Both the position numbers and the translations under genes were made by a program. From assembly GCA_030265395.1 (NCBI GenBank), contig JARFYF010000112.1, forward strand, positions 15,700,289 to 15,764,288: a stretch of 64,000 nucleotides of DNA, read 5' to 3'. Below are positions 40,650 through 55,240 of this stretch, in pieces (the stretch's first letter is position 1; each line of letters opens with the position of its first letter). The stretch is from Rhina ancylostomus (taxonomy: Eukaryota). The notes beneath the pieces are model-generated. The model did not search any database and had not been told where the DNA came from. It was given only the letters and a program-made list of their open reading frames with translations.

Positions 40650-43450
40650 TCAATAAAAATCTAATGGGACTTTCACCAGCCCATCATGTTCTACTGCTCA
40701 TGGCTCAATTTATACCTCAAATCCTTAATTCCATCAGTGTCTAGAAATCTATCAAACTTGAACATATGCACAACCCTCTGAGTTTGGTCCAAAAGTTCAC
40801 AATGTTCCTCGTGTCAAAGATATTTTTCATCCCAGCTCTAAATAGTTGACTCCTTATCCTAAGATTATGATAGCTCTGATAGATGGGGAAACAACCTTTC
40901 ACCAGGTATTCTATCAAGCCAAATCATCATTTGAAAAGTTTCAACAGAACTCTGAGAAATCTCATGGAATGTAAGCCCATCCTCCTCTCATAGAACTGAA
41001 CTGTGATCCCAGGAATCTATCTACTGAATCTTTGTTGCACTCCCTCTTGATTAAGTGCAACTTTCCTTAAGTAGAGAAACTAAAACTATATGGAGTACTC
41101 CAGATGTGATCTCACTACAGCAAGGCTAACTTATCCTTATACTCCAAACATATACAAAATAAGTGGTAAGCATACCACTTACCTTCCAGGGTACCTGTTG
41201 CAATTACAATAACTTTTTCTGATTCATATTCAAGGATCCCCAGACCTTTGTGAATGCTAACATTTATTAATTGTTCAGATCTTAAGACATATTCTGCTTG
41301 GCAATTTTCTCTACCAAACTGGATAATTTTCTACTACACTAAATGGTGTTTCAACNNNNNNNNNNNNNNNNNNNNNNNNNNNNNNNNNNNNNNNNNNNNN
41401 NNNNNNNNNNNNNNNNNNNNNNNNNNNNNNNNNNNNNNNNNNNNNNNNNNNNNNNGACGCAGCAACGTTGTGGGTGCAAGACTCGCTGAAAATTGGGTTT
41501 TGAGGATATAAAGACAAAAACATTAGAAAATAAAACATTAGGAACAGTTGTAGGAGATAAGTCTCTTTCAACCTGCTCTGTCATTCAATAAGATCATGGT
41601 TAATATAATCTTGGCCTCAACTCAACCCTCAATTTCACTGCAGTTTGAAAATCTACTCGAGCCTTCAGCATACTGAATGAATCAGCTGTCATAACTGTCT
41701 GGGCAGAGAATTCTTAAGATTTCACATTCCTGATGAAAGAAATTCCGAAAACCTTGTTATTATCTTCCTTTAATCTCTACCCCTTTGCCACAGGAAACAT
41801 CACAACATCCATCCTCCCTCAGAATTAGACACTCTTAAATCAGGTCACTTCCTATTCTTCTAAATACCATGGAACATAAACTGTTAAATCTTCCCTCATA
41901 ATCCCTTCATCCCACAAATGAACCGTCTGCCACCTTGGGTAAGGAGGCCAAAACTCTATGCAGCACTCCAAATGTGATCTCACCAAATGCCTCTGCAGTT
42001 GTTGCAAGACTTCACGATTTTTGTGCATTATTCTCCTTGCAATAACAACTAACTCATTTTCCTTCTTAGCTACTCTCTGAACCTACATCCCAAATTTATG
42101 TACAAGGACTCCCAGAACGGTGTGAGCAGGAGCATTTATTCATATCACACTATTAAAGTAACATCCTGCTTTTCCATTCATTCTACAAATGAACAGTCTC
42201 ATTCTTCTCCACGTTGTACTTGTTTTTCTCCTTATTTTTGTCCAATCACTTAACCAAAGTTTTTGCTTTATGCAGCTTTTTTGCATCTTCCTTATACTGT
42301 ACTCTTGTTATTTAGTGATTTTAATTTGAACAAAGATAATAATTGTCCAGGATATAAAGAAATTTGAGATGACTAACAGCAAATTTTAATACATCACAAA
42401 ACAAAACAAGTAGCACTAGAAATACATAAGCAGGTTAGGTAGCATCTGTGGAGAGAGAAACAGAGTTAAGGATTCAAATCAATGCAACTTTAGTCATTTG
42501 TTTCTCTCTCCACAGAAACTGCCTGGCTTGCTGAATACTTACAACACTTCTATTTTTATGTCAGATTTCCAACATCTAGAGTTCTTTTTGTTTTGGTTTG
42601 TCAGTCCCTTTGTCTGGATCTTTAATAAAGATTGCAAATAACTGAGGCCAAGTACAAATTCTTGCTACATTCAACCTCCACTGTGCTATTCTAAAAATGA
42701 TCAATTTATTCCTACTCTGTCCATTAATCATTCCTCAGTCCCCAATTCAAGGTGCCCTAATCCTATATAACAACCTCTTGTGTGACTCTTATCACATCTT
42801 CTGAAAATTTAAATATACATCTACCTGTTCCCCCTGTTCTATCCTGATAATTATGATCTTAAAACTCAAGATTTATGAAAGTTTCATTTTAGTTAAACTA
42901 TTTTAGCTGTCTTATCATAGCACAATTTTCCTGTGTCCTATAGCTACAATCATAATAATAGATTAATAATAATAGATTAGGAATTCTTTAGGCTATTAGG
43001 TTAACCAGATTCCAATTCCCAATATGCATTCTTGCTTCATTAACTAATATTTACTAACTTATAATTGACATGGGCCTTTGGACAATCTAGGGAAACTTCT
43101 ACCTTTGCGGCCATCTCTTTTGAAATCCTGGACCATCACATCCAGGGAATTTGTCAATTTGTAATCCCATTAATTTCTCTGATACATTTCTAGTAAGCCA
43201 TGCTGTATCATTTTTTAAGTGAAGAATTTATTCATTAGGAATCTGTACATTCATTGAAAAGTACAAATTATATCTTAAAATATTGCCCATTGTTTAATCA
43301 TTGTCATATCTTTTAATGTAACTTTCCAATCCATCTTAATCAATTTACTAATTTTTCTTTTAGAATTGGCTGGGGTTAAAGTGAATATTCTACTTTTAGT
43401 CTTAAGCATATCATTATCAAACTTAATATGAAACTTAATATTATTTTAAT
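40650..43450 (-). mobile_element. Cluster of old CR1-like fragments
   Basis: Repeated aactatatggagtactccagatgtgatctcac / gcagcactccaaatgtgatctcacc motifs, corresponding to the RPHLEYC region. Confidence 0.6.
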
Positions 43451-44259
43451 ACCTATATTTACCAAGTTACTGTCAATCTCACTTTTAAACATCTTAATTG
43501 ATTCTACATTTTGACCTTATGATCGATAATTTCACAAAACTTTTTTTTTCCAAATAATGTATTTCTGGATTTGTTCCAGTTCATCAAATTTTAATAAACC
43601 TTTCCTTTACTTTCATTTCATCATTTTGCACATCCCATTCAAATCATGCTCTTCCCCAAGCCAAGAGACTTTACTTCATGGCTGAGTACTTTCTACCAGG
43701 TATTATTCTGTTGAGCTTTTGGTAGATTCCCTCCACCCGAGGTGAAATAACAAAATTAAACACAATGTTCTGATTAAGGTAGTGCATAACTGTTGTAATT
43801 TGCTTTTATATTCTTGATCCTTGCAATGAAGCTCAGTACCCAAGGCTTTTCTGATTGATTTCTTTTCCTGCTTTTAAGATTTACGTTCCTCCAGTTGATG
43901 CGAAAGTTTTACCAACTGATATTTTTATACTTCAGATGTATTTCACAGTTGATATACAATACATGCTATCAATTTGCCCATTCATTAATAGATTATCTTT
44001 TGCAAAATTCTGTTCTCTTCTACAAAATTCACAACAGGATATCTGCAAGTCCTAGCATTCTCAAATCCTTATAGACTGTACAAGCTTCCCATCATTTGTC
44101 ATTTTCTGCCAATCCTAGAAATACCATTTGCATCCACCTTTTTTCAAGCTTCATTACAGTTTCAAAATCAACTCACGGGTTGAGTCGAAAATTGGTGAAG
44201 GAAATAAAGCCACTGCGCAGCAAAATAAATGAGATAACAACCAAATAATTTGTCTTAAT

Positions 44260-44900
44260 TTACAAGGCACCCCCGGGTTAAGAACTCCCGAAATATGGAC
44301 ACCTCCTACATATGAAAGAGCTCCCATAATATTATTTAATTCAAAAATCTAACANNNNNNNNNNNNNNNNNNNNNNNNNNNNNNNNNNNNNNNNNNNNNN
44401 NNNNNNNNNNNNNNNNNNNNNNNNNNNNNNNNNNNNNNNNNNNNNNNNNNNNNNAAGAGCTCCCATAATATTATTTAATTCAAAAATCTAACATAAGTAC
44501 ATATGTTCACTCCTATGAACAAGCAGAAATAGTTTCCTCTCTTTCCACTTTGAGTAATTGTTCTTATCAGTCATGTGCATCTGATGCCATTCATTACTGT
44601 ACTGTGGAGGTATGGTTGCTATATTGAGTGATTTTTGTGTATTTTCTGACTCATGGACAAAATCGTTTCATGAACATTTGTAAAAAAACCAGAACCTATT
44701 CATTAATCAGCCTGTGGTGATGTTTATTCAAAATTAGGTACAGGTCCGCTCCAGGTTATGACAGGGTTCCATTCCTGAGAACTGTTTGTAACCGGAGCTG
44801 TTCATACGTCAGAAATGAACAACAGGCTGTTGGAGAGAATCACAGAAACAGCTCTGATGGAAAAGCGAGCAGGAACGGGAAGACCGGCTGCCAGCTGGCC
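44260..44900. mobile_element. Two adjacent Tc1/mariner (Tigger-like) non-autonomous DNA transposon remnants
   Basis: TA-preceded TIR-like starts tacaaggcacccccgggtta (about 44261) and tacaggtccgctccaggttatgacagggttccattcc (about 44739). Confidence 0.55.
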
Positions 44901-45129
44901 TCACTGACTCAGTGAGTGAGACAGCAAGTCTGCTCAGCACACCCAGCTCTGCTCAGCTCAACCCAGTTGTGGGGGGTGGGGCAGGGCGGTGGGGTTGGGG
45001 AGTGGGGAGGAGAGATAGAAGGACACGGAAATGCCTTGTTTTGTTCCCATCCAGAAGATGCTTGCAGCCCCGCAGAAACTCGCCAATCCATCTCGCTGGT
45101 CTCTCAATAAACTCATTGATATGTATGAC

Positions 45130-45365
45130 TGTACAAGTGGGGAATTCATAACCTTGGGAGGAACTGTAAGACGACTTCGCTACCCTTCTTGGAATATTGC
45201 CACCAAAGAGAGCAGATGTCTCATTCAAAGGTAACACCTGTGAGAGCACAGCATCCCTTTGGTACTGCACCAAAATTGCCCTGGATTATGTACTTAGATC
45301 TCTGGAATAGAACTGGAGTCCACAACCTTCCGACCTAGAGGTGAGAATGTTCTCACTGAGTCAAA
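45130..45365 (-). mobile_element. DeuSINE 5' half
   Basis: gtctcattcaaaggtaacacctgtgagagcacagcatccct…cacaaccttccgacctagaggtgag. Confidence 0.65.
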
Positions 45366-46019
45366 ACATTGTTTACTTTAAGTTCTTTCTTTATTCCTAA
45401 AAATAGATTCTATTAATTTCCCACTTCTGTTAAACTCACTGAACTGTAATTAACTGATTCATCGCTTCCTCACTTTTTGACTTGTTATCTTCCAGCCCTC
45501 TATTACTGTCCCCAGATCCAGAAGGCTTTTGCAGATTATAATTAATCTTTCACCGGTTTCCTTACTTATTTCTTTTAATATCCTCATAACGAAGCTATCT
45601 GAAACCTTGCTATCAATCAATATAGTTTATTCATTGCAACTTTCCTAATTATACTAATCCCTGCAAGTTTCTCTCCCTCACTAATCTTTAGTCTTCTCTC
45701 AACCTTTTGTCCTGCTGTGAAGATGAAAGTATTTACATAGCAGTTCTGGCATGTCATTCTCCTCTACTATTATCAAAATTAGTTTTTAAAATAGATTTAA
45801 CTTCTTTCCAGGAGTACAGCTCACTCTTGAAAATATAATTCTGTGCAATTTGATTCATGTGTAATTCTCAAGGTTCAATCTTAAAGCTCATGAAATTGGC
45901 CCTTTGATGATATTCTACTGCATTTCTTTGAGGCAAAACCTCAAAATCATATATCACAATTTAGAAGTATATTTGAAATATTATGGAGAATGAATGATAA
46001 GAAAACATTGTTTTCAAAT

Positions 46020-46410
46020 AAAGAAAGAAAACTTATTTCTATGGCCATTTTTCACAGCCATATGAGATCCCAGAGAGCTCCACAGCCAAGAGCTACCATA
46101 GTCACTGTTTTAACATTAGAAACACAGCAGCCAATTAGTGCACAATAAACTTATAAAGCAATGTGATAATGACCAGTCTGTTTTAGTAATGTTGAGTGAG
46201 GAATAAATATTGCCCAGGATAGCAGTGGAGACATAGTGCAGTGGAGTCTTTACAATATGAGAGCAAACAGGACCCTGGTTTAAAGATGACACTTATGATA
46301 ATGCAGGAACTCCTCAACATGGTACTTAATTGTATGTTCAATTCTCTGGAGTAGAGGTTTCTTCTGACAACCTTCCAACTCAAAGGTGAGGGTGTTGCTA
46401 AGTGAATCTT
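46020..46410 (-). mobile_element. DeuSINE (SacSINE1-like)
   Basis: gcagccaattagtgcaca…gcaatgtgataatgaccagtctgttttagtaatgttgagtgaggaataaatattgcccagga. Confidence 0.8.
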
Positions 46411-48829
46411 TGTCACGACTGTGTCCTCTTAGTGCAGGGAACACGAAGACACAATATGTGAGTGCTACCCTCCACCAAAACTCTCTGCTTACCAAACACT
46501 ACAGGAAAAAAATGGTTAACAACTGTCAAACCTCTGAGGATGCCTTCAGAAACAGTTCAAGCTTGAAGAAACCTTCATAGAAAATAATCAAGGTTAATAC
46601 GTTCATGAAACTTCCATGAAATGTCACAATCTGTCCTTTCCTATTTCAATTTTCTCAAAAGTGATTTGGTGAGCCAGAAGAAAAGCTCAGTGCTATTCTT
46701 TTTTTTGTCTGGGTGTCATGTTCTGTTGCCTCAGTTGGCTGCTTTGGTCAAGTATTGGAAGAATAATTAGAAGATTTACCTATTCATTATTAACCATGCC
46801 ATGTGCTTGTGGTCATGTATGCCCAATCTGAAGTGAGAGCTAATTTTGCCTTTCTGATCATTTCATGAACAGTACACCTAGATAATTATTTGAGAATATA
46901 TTCCTCTTGCCATGGGTATATACGGTGCTTGGTTGCAAACAAATTTAGCAAACACCTTGGCACGATACACCCAGAGTAATGTTCATTTGTAATCACCAGG
47001 AAATGAAAATCTGGTCCTATAACAGGTGCAAAATCTGTTGAGTTGCTTTAACACTCCAGTCAGTAATATGTACCAGATTTTTAAAATGCCTTTGAAACAA
47101 TGCCACACGAAAGGATGGGATTGGCAGGCCAATGTTAAACTGAGTGAGGAACTGGTTATATTTCTACAGTCACATGGTAATTATTAATAGTAGCAGTTTC
47201 TCTTCTGTTAGAAGTAAAGCAAAAAGCCAATGCCACCATCTCCAATCAGTTAACAAAACAAGCAGAATGTTAGGCAAAACAATTAAATTAATCCACTCTG
47301 AAGCCATTTTGCTGAAGCTGTGCAGTGCATTGCTCTTGCCCTGCCTTCAGTGTAGTACTCCTGGACAGGGGAGAAAGACCAGATCCTCGTAACAGAGAAG
47401 GGTTAACACTATGGTTTTTAATATTATACAGTTGTAAGTGTTAATATTTTAAAGACTATAAATGGAAAGTGAGGGGAACTAAGGCTAAACTGTATATGGA
47501 ATTGGTAAGATTAATCTAGGTACTATTTAAAGTTAGACCAAAGCTTAAGACAAAGGAACTTTGACATAAACAAATTCAAAACTAAGGTTAGGTTAGACTC
47601 CCTCATGCTAACAGTGGTGAATGGTTTTCTGGCTGAGCAATAAGAGCAAAAACTTTAAAACCATTCAGGTGTCAGTTAAATATTTTGATATTTCCAAAGA
47701 AATATAAAGTAGCTAGGCTAAAAGGCACCTCATCCACTATTACTATCACAAGCTTTAACCTCTAATGCTCGATTTTTCTGTGGTAGGAGTACTGCTCTTT
47801 ACCTGCAGTTAGTTTTGAACAAAACTAAGCCACTCTTCCTACATTGTTCTACAAAATAATTTAAATTAAGTTACAATTAAAATTAGTGTTCAATTTTCCC
47901 TTTTAAACACCTTGCTGATTCAGTGATTAATGCTAACGAGTGCTTACATTCTTTTTAATCTATATTAAGGTTATTCAGCCTTGAGATTAATATAATGTTA
48001 TATTTCACTGTTCTTCAAATATTTTTGGAATAATACTCAGTTTTACAGTTGCCAGGATATTATTGTGCATTGTGATAGTCCGTTAATTTGTTAGTTTCTG
48101 CAGTCTTGACATTAAAAAAATGCATGGCTTGGCAGAGACAGTAACTTACCAAAGTACTTACCTTAATTAATACCAATTAATGGTCTCTGGCTGGAACCTT
48201 TGCGACAGGCCTTTGCAGTAAATGATAAGTTGTTCTTCAGCTTTGACCACCATATTTATGCAGGCTGACCAAGTTACAATCTACTCCAATGTTATTGAAG
48301 GTTAATTTTCAACTAACTAGGATTATGGACCGGGCACCTGCTACAGAAATGACAGTATTTCCTTTTCATTGAGTGACTGTTTCTATAATGGTCACTTGTC
48401 TCTCTCTGACATGAACAGTAAATTGAAAACTACCACAAGTTATAATATCTTATCAATTTGTACATCATAGTTATTCACTTGTAGTAGTTAGCATAGGACA
48501 TGAAAATGTGTTAAACTCCAGCCTAGTCTTGATGTTGCTCACCAACCAGTTTTAGAAAAAGGTATTTCCTCTCAATATTTTGAGAAAAAAAGAATTAATT
48601 TTTTCATGTATCTGAAATTGATCATTTCAGTCCTTAAAACAAGCAGATTACCTTTTTCATGTGGATGGCATAATGGCAAAAAGCAAAAACTTAGTTTTTA
48701 CAAGACTACATATTTTACAACCTTTGCCCCAGTAGTTATTGAAGTAAAGGCACAGCCTGATAAGTTGTATTGGGATACAAGTTGTACTCAGAGGCTGAAA
48801 TTGTTACCTTTAGGGAAAGGAAGGCAGAG

Positions 48830-49130
48830 GGAAGTTTTGATGGAGACATAAAATAACGAGGGCTCTGGACAGAATGGATAGTGAGAGACTAAGGATGAAA
48901 AATAACAGGAATAATCTAAAATGGAAGAGAATTATGAGGAAAAACCTTTTAACACAGCATTTGGTTGGAATCTGGAATGCACTGCCTGCAGGTGTTGAAG
49001 CCAGGTTTCAATGTTGTCTTCAAGAGAGAACTGGATACACCTAAAAATTTACCAGGCAATGGAGGGAGGGCCAAGAGGTGGAAATAGTGAGTTGCTCTGG
49101 TAGCAAGCCAGTGCTGTACCCATTCTATGA
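48830..49130 (+). mobile_element. Old CR1 3' fragment
   Basis: ggaatctggaatgcactgcctg…gtcttcaagagagaactggatacac. Confidence 0.65.
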
Positions 49131-49139
49131 TACATACAC

Positions 49140-49892
49140 TTAGAAACACAGAAAAGCTACAGCACAATTCAGGCCCTTCGGCCCACAAAGCTGTGCCGAA
49201 CATGTCCCTACCCTAGGGATTACTATGCTTACCTATAGCCTTCTATTTTACTTAGCTCCAGGTACCTATCTAACAGCCTCTTGAAAGACCCTATCGTATC
49301 CGCCTCCACCACCATTTCCGGCAGCCCATTCCAAGCACTCACCACTCTGAGTAAAAAAATTTCTCCAGACATCTCCTCTATATCTACTCCCCAGCACCTT
49401 AAACCTATGTCCTCTTGTCGCTGCCATTTCAGCCCTGGGGAAAAGCCTCTGTATATCTACCTGATCAATACCTCTCATCATCTTATATATCTCTATTAGG
49501 TCCCCTCTCATCCGCCGTCTCTCCAAAGAAAAAAGGTGGAATTCCCTCAACCTACTTTCATAAGTCATGCTCTGCATTCCAGTCAGCATCCTTGTCAACC
49601 TCCTCTGCACCCTCTATATGACCTCCACNNNNNNNNNNNNNNNNNNNNNNNNNNNNNNNNNNNNNNNNNNNNNNNNNNNNNNNNNNNNNNNNNNNNNNNN
49701 NNNNNNNNNNNNNNNNNNNNNNNNNNNNTGAAATCCATATACACTACATCCACCGCTCTCCCCTCATCGATGTGCTTAGTCACATCCTCAAAAAATTCGA
49801 TCAGGCTCATAAGACAGGACCTGCCCTTGACAAAGCTATGCTGACTATTCATAATCTTACTATACCTCTCCAAATGTTCATAAATCCTGCCT
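49140..49892 (-). mobile_element. Young CR1/HER1-like LINE (RT and 3' end, spanning a gap)
   Basis: ORF-track peptides SQHSFVKGRSCLMSLIEFFEDVTKHIDEGRAVDVVYMDF and QRRLTRML…FSLERRRMRGDLIEIYKMMRG. Confidence 0.92.
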
Positions 49893-51399
49893 TTAAAGAG
49901 TAATGCATTCTCCTCAAGTCCAGCTTCGATATGCGTTTTTAAAGTCTGTGTGTCAAATGTTCCCTATTAGAGAATTAACAGCCAGCACACCATTTCCATA
50001 TCAAAGAGCACAGGCTTTAGCATGCAACATATTCTGTAAAATTCTCAAATCCACAGCTCCCCATGGCTTAACTATACTGAATGCAGGATTGAAAAATCAG
50101 TGGCCTAGAAGTTTGATCATAACACTGATTTTTGCAAGTAATGATCATTTCCAGATCATTTCATATCACTGTTGATGAGACACTTCTCAGAGTAATCCAT
50201 GCTTAGATGGACCTGATTAGATTGCATTTCTGGTGTTAAATACATACCTAATGATGTCAGTGTTACCAGGTAAATTTCAGTGATGTTCTTCAAAAGCTCC
50301 CCTATCATTGGTAATTCATAAACTAACCAGGGAAGGTTTAACACTCAGATTTTAATAATCTGTTCTTTCTGAAGCTCCCCCATGTAAAGAAACACTCTCA
50401 CTCACACTTGGAACTTTAGCACTCTGTTCTCAACACTATAGAGGCTGGTTGCTTATTCTGAAACCTGGTCCCAATCACCACAGGTTTCTACTGACCTTCA
50501 TTGCTGTTTTGGAAACTTCTTACAAATGCATGCCGGCCCTAATGGATCTTCTTGAAATAGAGCTCCCAACTTTGGAGAGACCATAAGCATGAATGGGAAC
50601 TCTAAGGCAGCAGCATATGAAGGGTCTCTACCAAAGACCTTACCCCCAAAGTCTAAGAGGCCTATAGAGACCCATGCTCCTATCTTAACCTGTCAGAGGA
50701 GTCCTGACTTCAGGTGACAAAGTTTGCAAATGATCACAGAGTTCAGTGACTTTCTGCAGCCCGAGATCCAGGCTAAAATGCAAGCCTAAATTGGTCTGTC
50801 CATTAAGATCAAGGTCACAGCCATACTCAACTTCTTAACCTCAGGATCATAACCAGGTCCCTGGTCCATAAAGACTGAAAGGTGTTTTTAAAATCAACAC
50901 TAACACTTAATGTAACTCTGTTTCAATGCTCTGACTTCAAAGCAAACGAATTTCTAGCATGCTTACACTAAATGCCTGTGGGAAAAGAGGTGGAGAATTC
51001 AGTCCAATCTGAGCCTGTTGCAGTTAGATATGGCTAATCAATACCTCAACTACATTGCCTACCTTTAGACTATATCAGTATTCAGCATACAGTACTCCAG
51101 GTGTAGTCACACCAAAGCCCTGTAAAGTTGCAGCAAGATATTCTCTACTTTTGTACTCCATCCTTCTTTCATTAAAGGCTAACATTCCATTTGCTTTCCT
51201 ACTTGCTTGTATGCTATCTTCATGTTTCTCATATGAAGCTACCTTATGACAAGCATTCCTTTAAATAGTATTCTGCTTATCTTTTCTCCCTACCAGGACG
51301 ACTCTGCAGGTTTTTCTGCCATAAGGTCAGTTTGTTTGTTGATGATTGTACAGTCTTAAAACCCATTAATCCCATTCTTATTAATCAAAAGGATTAATC

Positions 51400-51740
51400 A
51401 AGGATAGTTGGCATGGGTTTATTAGAGGGAGATCCTGCCTGACCAATGTGATTGTATCTTACGAAGCGGTAACAAAATATATTGCTGAGAACAGTGCAGT
51501 TGACGTAATCTACATGGACTTCAGTAAGGCCTTTAACAAGATTAATCATGAGAGACTGGTCCAAAGGATTAGAACCCAAGGGATCCAAAGAAAGATGGCA
51601 ACTTGGATACAAAATTGGCTTGGTAATAGGAGGCAGAGGGTGATGATGGAGGTTTGTGTTCAGAAGTCTGTGACCAGTGATGTGCTGCAGAGATCACTGC
51701 TGGGACCCTTACTGTTATATACATTAACAGTTTGCATATG
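51400..51740 (+). mobile_element. CR1 RT fragment
   Basis: AVDVIYMDFSKAFNKINHERLV…WIQNWLGNRRQRV…VLQRSLLGPLL. Confidence 0.88.
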
Positions 51741-54364
51741 AAGGAGAACTCCAATACATTTTTCAAATACAATTTCCCTTTCATAAAACCAAGGTAATTC
51801 TTCTCATTGTATCATATTTTTTGTATGTCCTGTTACTATTCTCTTAATAATGGACTCCTTAATTTTCCTGATAACAGAAATAGCTTACCCCAGGAATGAT
51901 CCTTTACTGCAGTTTCCTAATGTATAATGCAAGACTGCCCACCATATCCATTCCAAGAAGCACTACAGTCAGACCACATTGTTCACCTTAACACTAATTA
52001 AATTCATCACAAAAACTCTAACCATATAGAAGCAAAACAAAACTACATTAATAAAAGTATAGGTTGAATGATCTTCTGTGCCATATGGTTCTATGATTAT
52101 ATGGAGAGAAATAAGTAGTGTTAAGTCGGTTCATGAGAACTTAAATTTCTGTCATAATCTAATTATCAATGAGATTCTTGTAGAATTCTTGATGTGATAT
52201 TTTTATATGGATGAGCTGTCCAGCTGTAACCTAAGACAGTTCGACCGCCATCTTAAATGTGATTGAATACTGAACAGAGGAAGCAGCAAAAACCCACATT
52301 TAACACAAAAAAGTTCTTTCTCAATGAGCCTGATCAACTTTACTCTTCATTTGACTAATAGCCTTTTGTTATATGCTACCATTTATTCTCACAATTAACC
52401 TAAATATTAAGGCTTGAATTTGAAAGAACCTTAGAATCTCTGACAAAGTTCCTTATGCACAATTCAAAGACAAGAATTTGCAAGCATAGGCAAGTTAATT
52501 GGTATAATACTATAGTAAACCAACTAGCCACCAACTGACTTTTACAATTTTAATAATATCAATAATTACAATTTTAAAGCCACACTGATATGTACGATTC
52601 ATTTTATGTGAAATGAAAAGTTTTTCATTACAGAAACTCCACTTTTTAGGTTCAGAACCAGAATAACCAGCATTGATAGACTAGTTGGGCAGAATAATCT
52701 ATTACTGAGTCATAAACTTTCAACAATTCTATGTTAAAATCAAACAGATCTTTGTGTAATCTCATTTAGGTTCCTGCAATAAAATGACAAACCTTATTTA
52801 ATCCTCTTTATCCTTCTCAACTTGTCTTCTGTTCAACCTGCTGAATTCCTCTAGCAGATTATATGTTGCTCCAGATTCCAACATCTGCAGTCTCGTCTCC
52901 CACCAATGTTGTCTGACCTCTGCTGCTTCTTGGCTCCACCAAGACCAAATCCAATTCTCTACCTTGATCTGCCAAGCCCCTACCTAATTATTGTAGTGAG
53001 GCCATCCCTTATTAACAGCACAGCTTCATCTCCTTTTCCTTTTTACATGCACTTCCTAAATCTCAAATATCCTGGAATACTTACTTCCCATCTTTGGCCA
53101 TCATGCAGCACGTTTCTTTCATTCCAATTAAATCATTCCAATTTACACTGTGCTGTTAATTCATCCACCTTGCTGTAGACTTGGGCCATATTCCCCGCAA
53201 TTAATAGGATTAACTGTGATTCAGAAGTTTTTGATATTACAAACAGACATAATATTAAAAAAGCTATATGGCACACAAATAAAAAAAAATGCTTGAAACT
53301 TTGACCAGAAAATTTGCCTCTAATGTTCCATGCATTATTTCTAGTTAAGGGACAGATAAGTGTTGCCAGAAACAAGGGAGGAGAAGCCAGTCACAGTAGC
53401 AGCAACTGCTAACCTGTTGCAAAATCATCTCAGTACAAATAGCCAAAGAACTACTTGAATCCTGACCAACTCACACTAGGAGCCAAAAGTCAGCACGCTT
53501 TCTATGGGGAAAACACCTGCATTATTCAGAGATTTAGGTGCAGTTTTTAAGGATCACATCAATGTGAAAGAAAATACAGGTAGCAGATGAACTATAACAA
53601 ATGGCTTAGAATGGATTCCTATTTTGGTTTCACTTCTGCCTCAAACTCTATATAAAAAGATTGAACCCATTGCTAATTGGGAAGAACAGATTTGTAGACT
53701 GGTAACATAAATGCACGTAAATATTTTAAAAGCTTTAATTTTAGTTTTAAAATAGTACATTTCAGTAATACTTAACTTTTGATTTTTAATAATTTTTTTG
53801 AATATTTTTCAATGATTGCAAAAAAGATTCACAGTCATTCCTGCAAGTTTGAAAACATATGCTAATGACTATTTAGAGGCCCTCTGCCAGTTTTTCTTCT
53901 CCACAGGATAGCAATTTTCCTATGCACACAATTTGCAAAGCATCACATTTGCAAGTATTGTGAATCTAGGCATCTACATGGTCACATGGCGAACACCACA
54001 TTAAATTGTAAAGTTGCACTAAACATTAAAACTGGAGCATGGATCAATGTGTTCATGGTTCTAGCCCCCCCCCACCACCAAAAAGCCTTACCTCTAAAGT
54101 TGAAGATATTGGAATCTTAGGTGAGGACTCCAAGAGTGGTTCAGCTAAGGCTGGTATCTTGAACTTACACTGGAGCAAGCCTTTACTCTCTTATCAAGGC
54201 CTATTCCTGTATTTGAGACCAACGCAATTTCTTCAGGTTATTTGCATGATGCAATATTGTAGCAGCAATGTCAAATACACATCATGCTGAATGATACGAG
54301 GGCCTTGTGGCCAACACGCATTAGCATTACAGCAAGAGTAATGCTGAAAAACTATAGAGTTTTC

Positions 54365-55240
54365 CAGGTGTTACAATTTCACAGTATTCCAGGTGCATCT
54401 CACCAACATCTTATACAGCTGTAACATGCCCCAACTCTTGTTCTCAATGGCTTGTCCAATGAAGTATGCCCTACCCTTTCTTCACCACTTTGTTTACCTG
54501 TGGCACCACTTTCAGAGAAATATGTACTTGTACCCCTTGGCCTCTCTGTTCTACAACCATCCCCAGGGCATAGCCATTTACTGTGCAAGTCCTGCACTGG
54601 TTTACCTTCCTAAATGCATCACTTCATGCCCGTTAGAGTTAATTTCTATCTAACATTTCTTTGCCTACTTTCCCAGTAAATCTTGATCCTATTGTAACCT
54701 TAGACAACCTTCTTCACTGTCCTCCACACCACCAATTTTGGTATAATTCACAAACTTATTAATCATGCCACCTACACTCTCATCTAAATTGTTTATTACA
54801 AACAGCAGGGGACCTAGCACTGATCTCTGCAGCACACCACTGGTCACAGGCCTCCAAGCTGAAAAACATCCTTCCACTACAACCCTCCGACTCCTTCCAA
54901 CAAACCAATTTTACATCCAACTGGCTAGCTCACCCAGGATCCCATGTGATCTCACCTTCCAAAGCAGTCTACCATGTGACAACGCAGACATCTACAGCCC
55001 TCCCCTTGATCCTCTTGGTCACCTCTTCAAAAAACTTATTCAAATTTTAGAGACAATTTTCCACACACACAGCCAAGTTTATATCCATAATCAGTCCTCG
55101 CCTTTGCAAATGCAGATAGATCCCGTCTCTAAGTCCTCTCCAGTAATTTACCCACTACTGATGTTAGGCTAACTGGCTTGTAGTTCCTTGGTTTGTCCTT
55201 GCAGCCCTTCTTAAATAAAGCCATTAGCCACCTTCCAGTA
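54365..55240 (-). mobile_element. CR1 RT fragment
   Basis: EGCFSAWRPVTSGVLQRSVLGPLLFVINNLDE…KFVNYTKIGG. Confidence 0.88.

Noticed and set aside
44316-44493. 39-bp exact direct repeat (44316-44354 and 44455-44493)
   Set aside because: It flanks a 100-N gap exactly, which points to an unmerged contig overlap rather than biology.
44970-45010. G-quadruplex-like G-run cluster
   Set aside because: It is low-complexity sequence beside transposon remnants, with no link to a gene feature.
54092-54210. Minus-strand donor GAG|GTAAGG with a short open frame
   Set aside because: There is no convincing acceptor, no homology and no partner exon.
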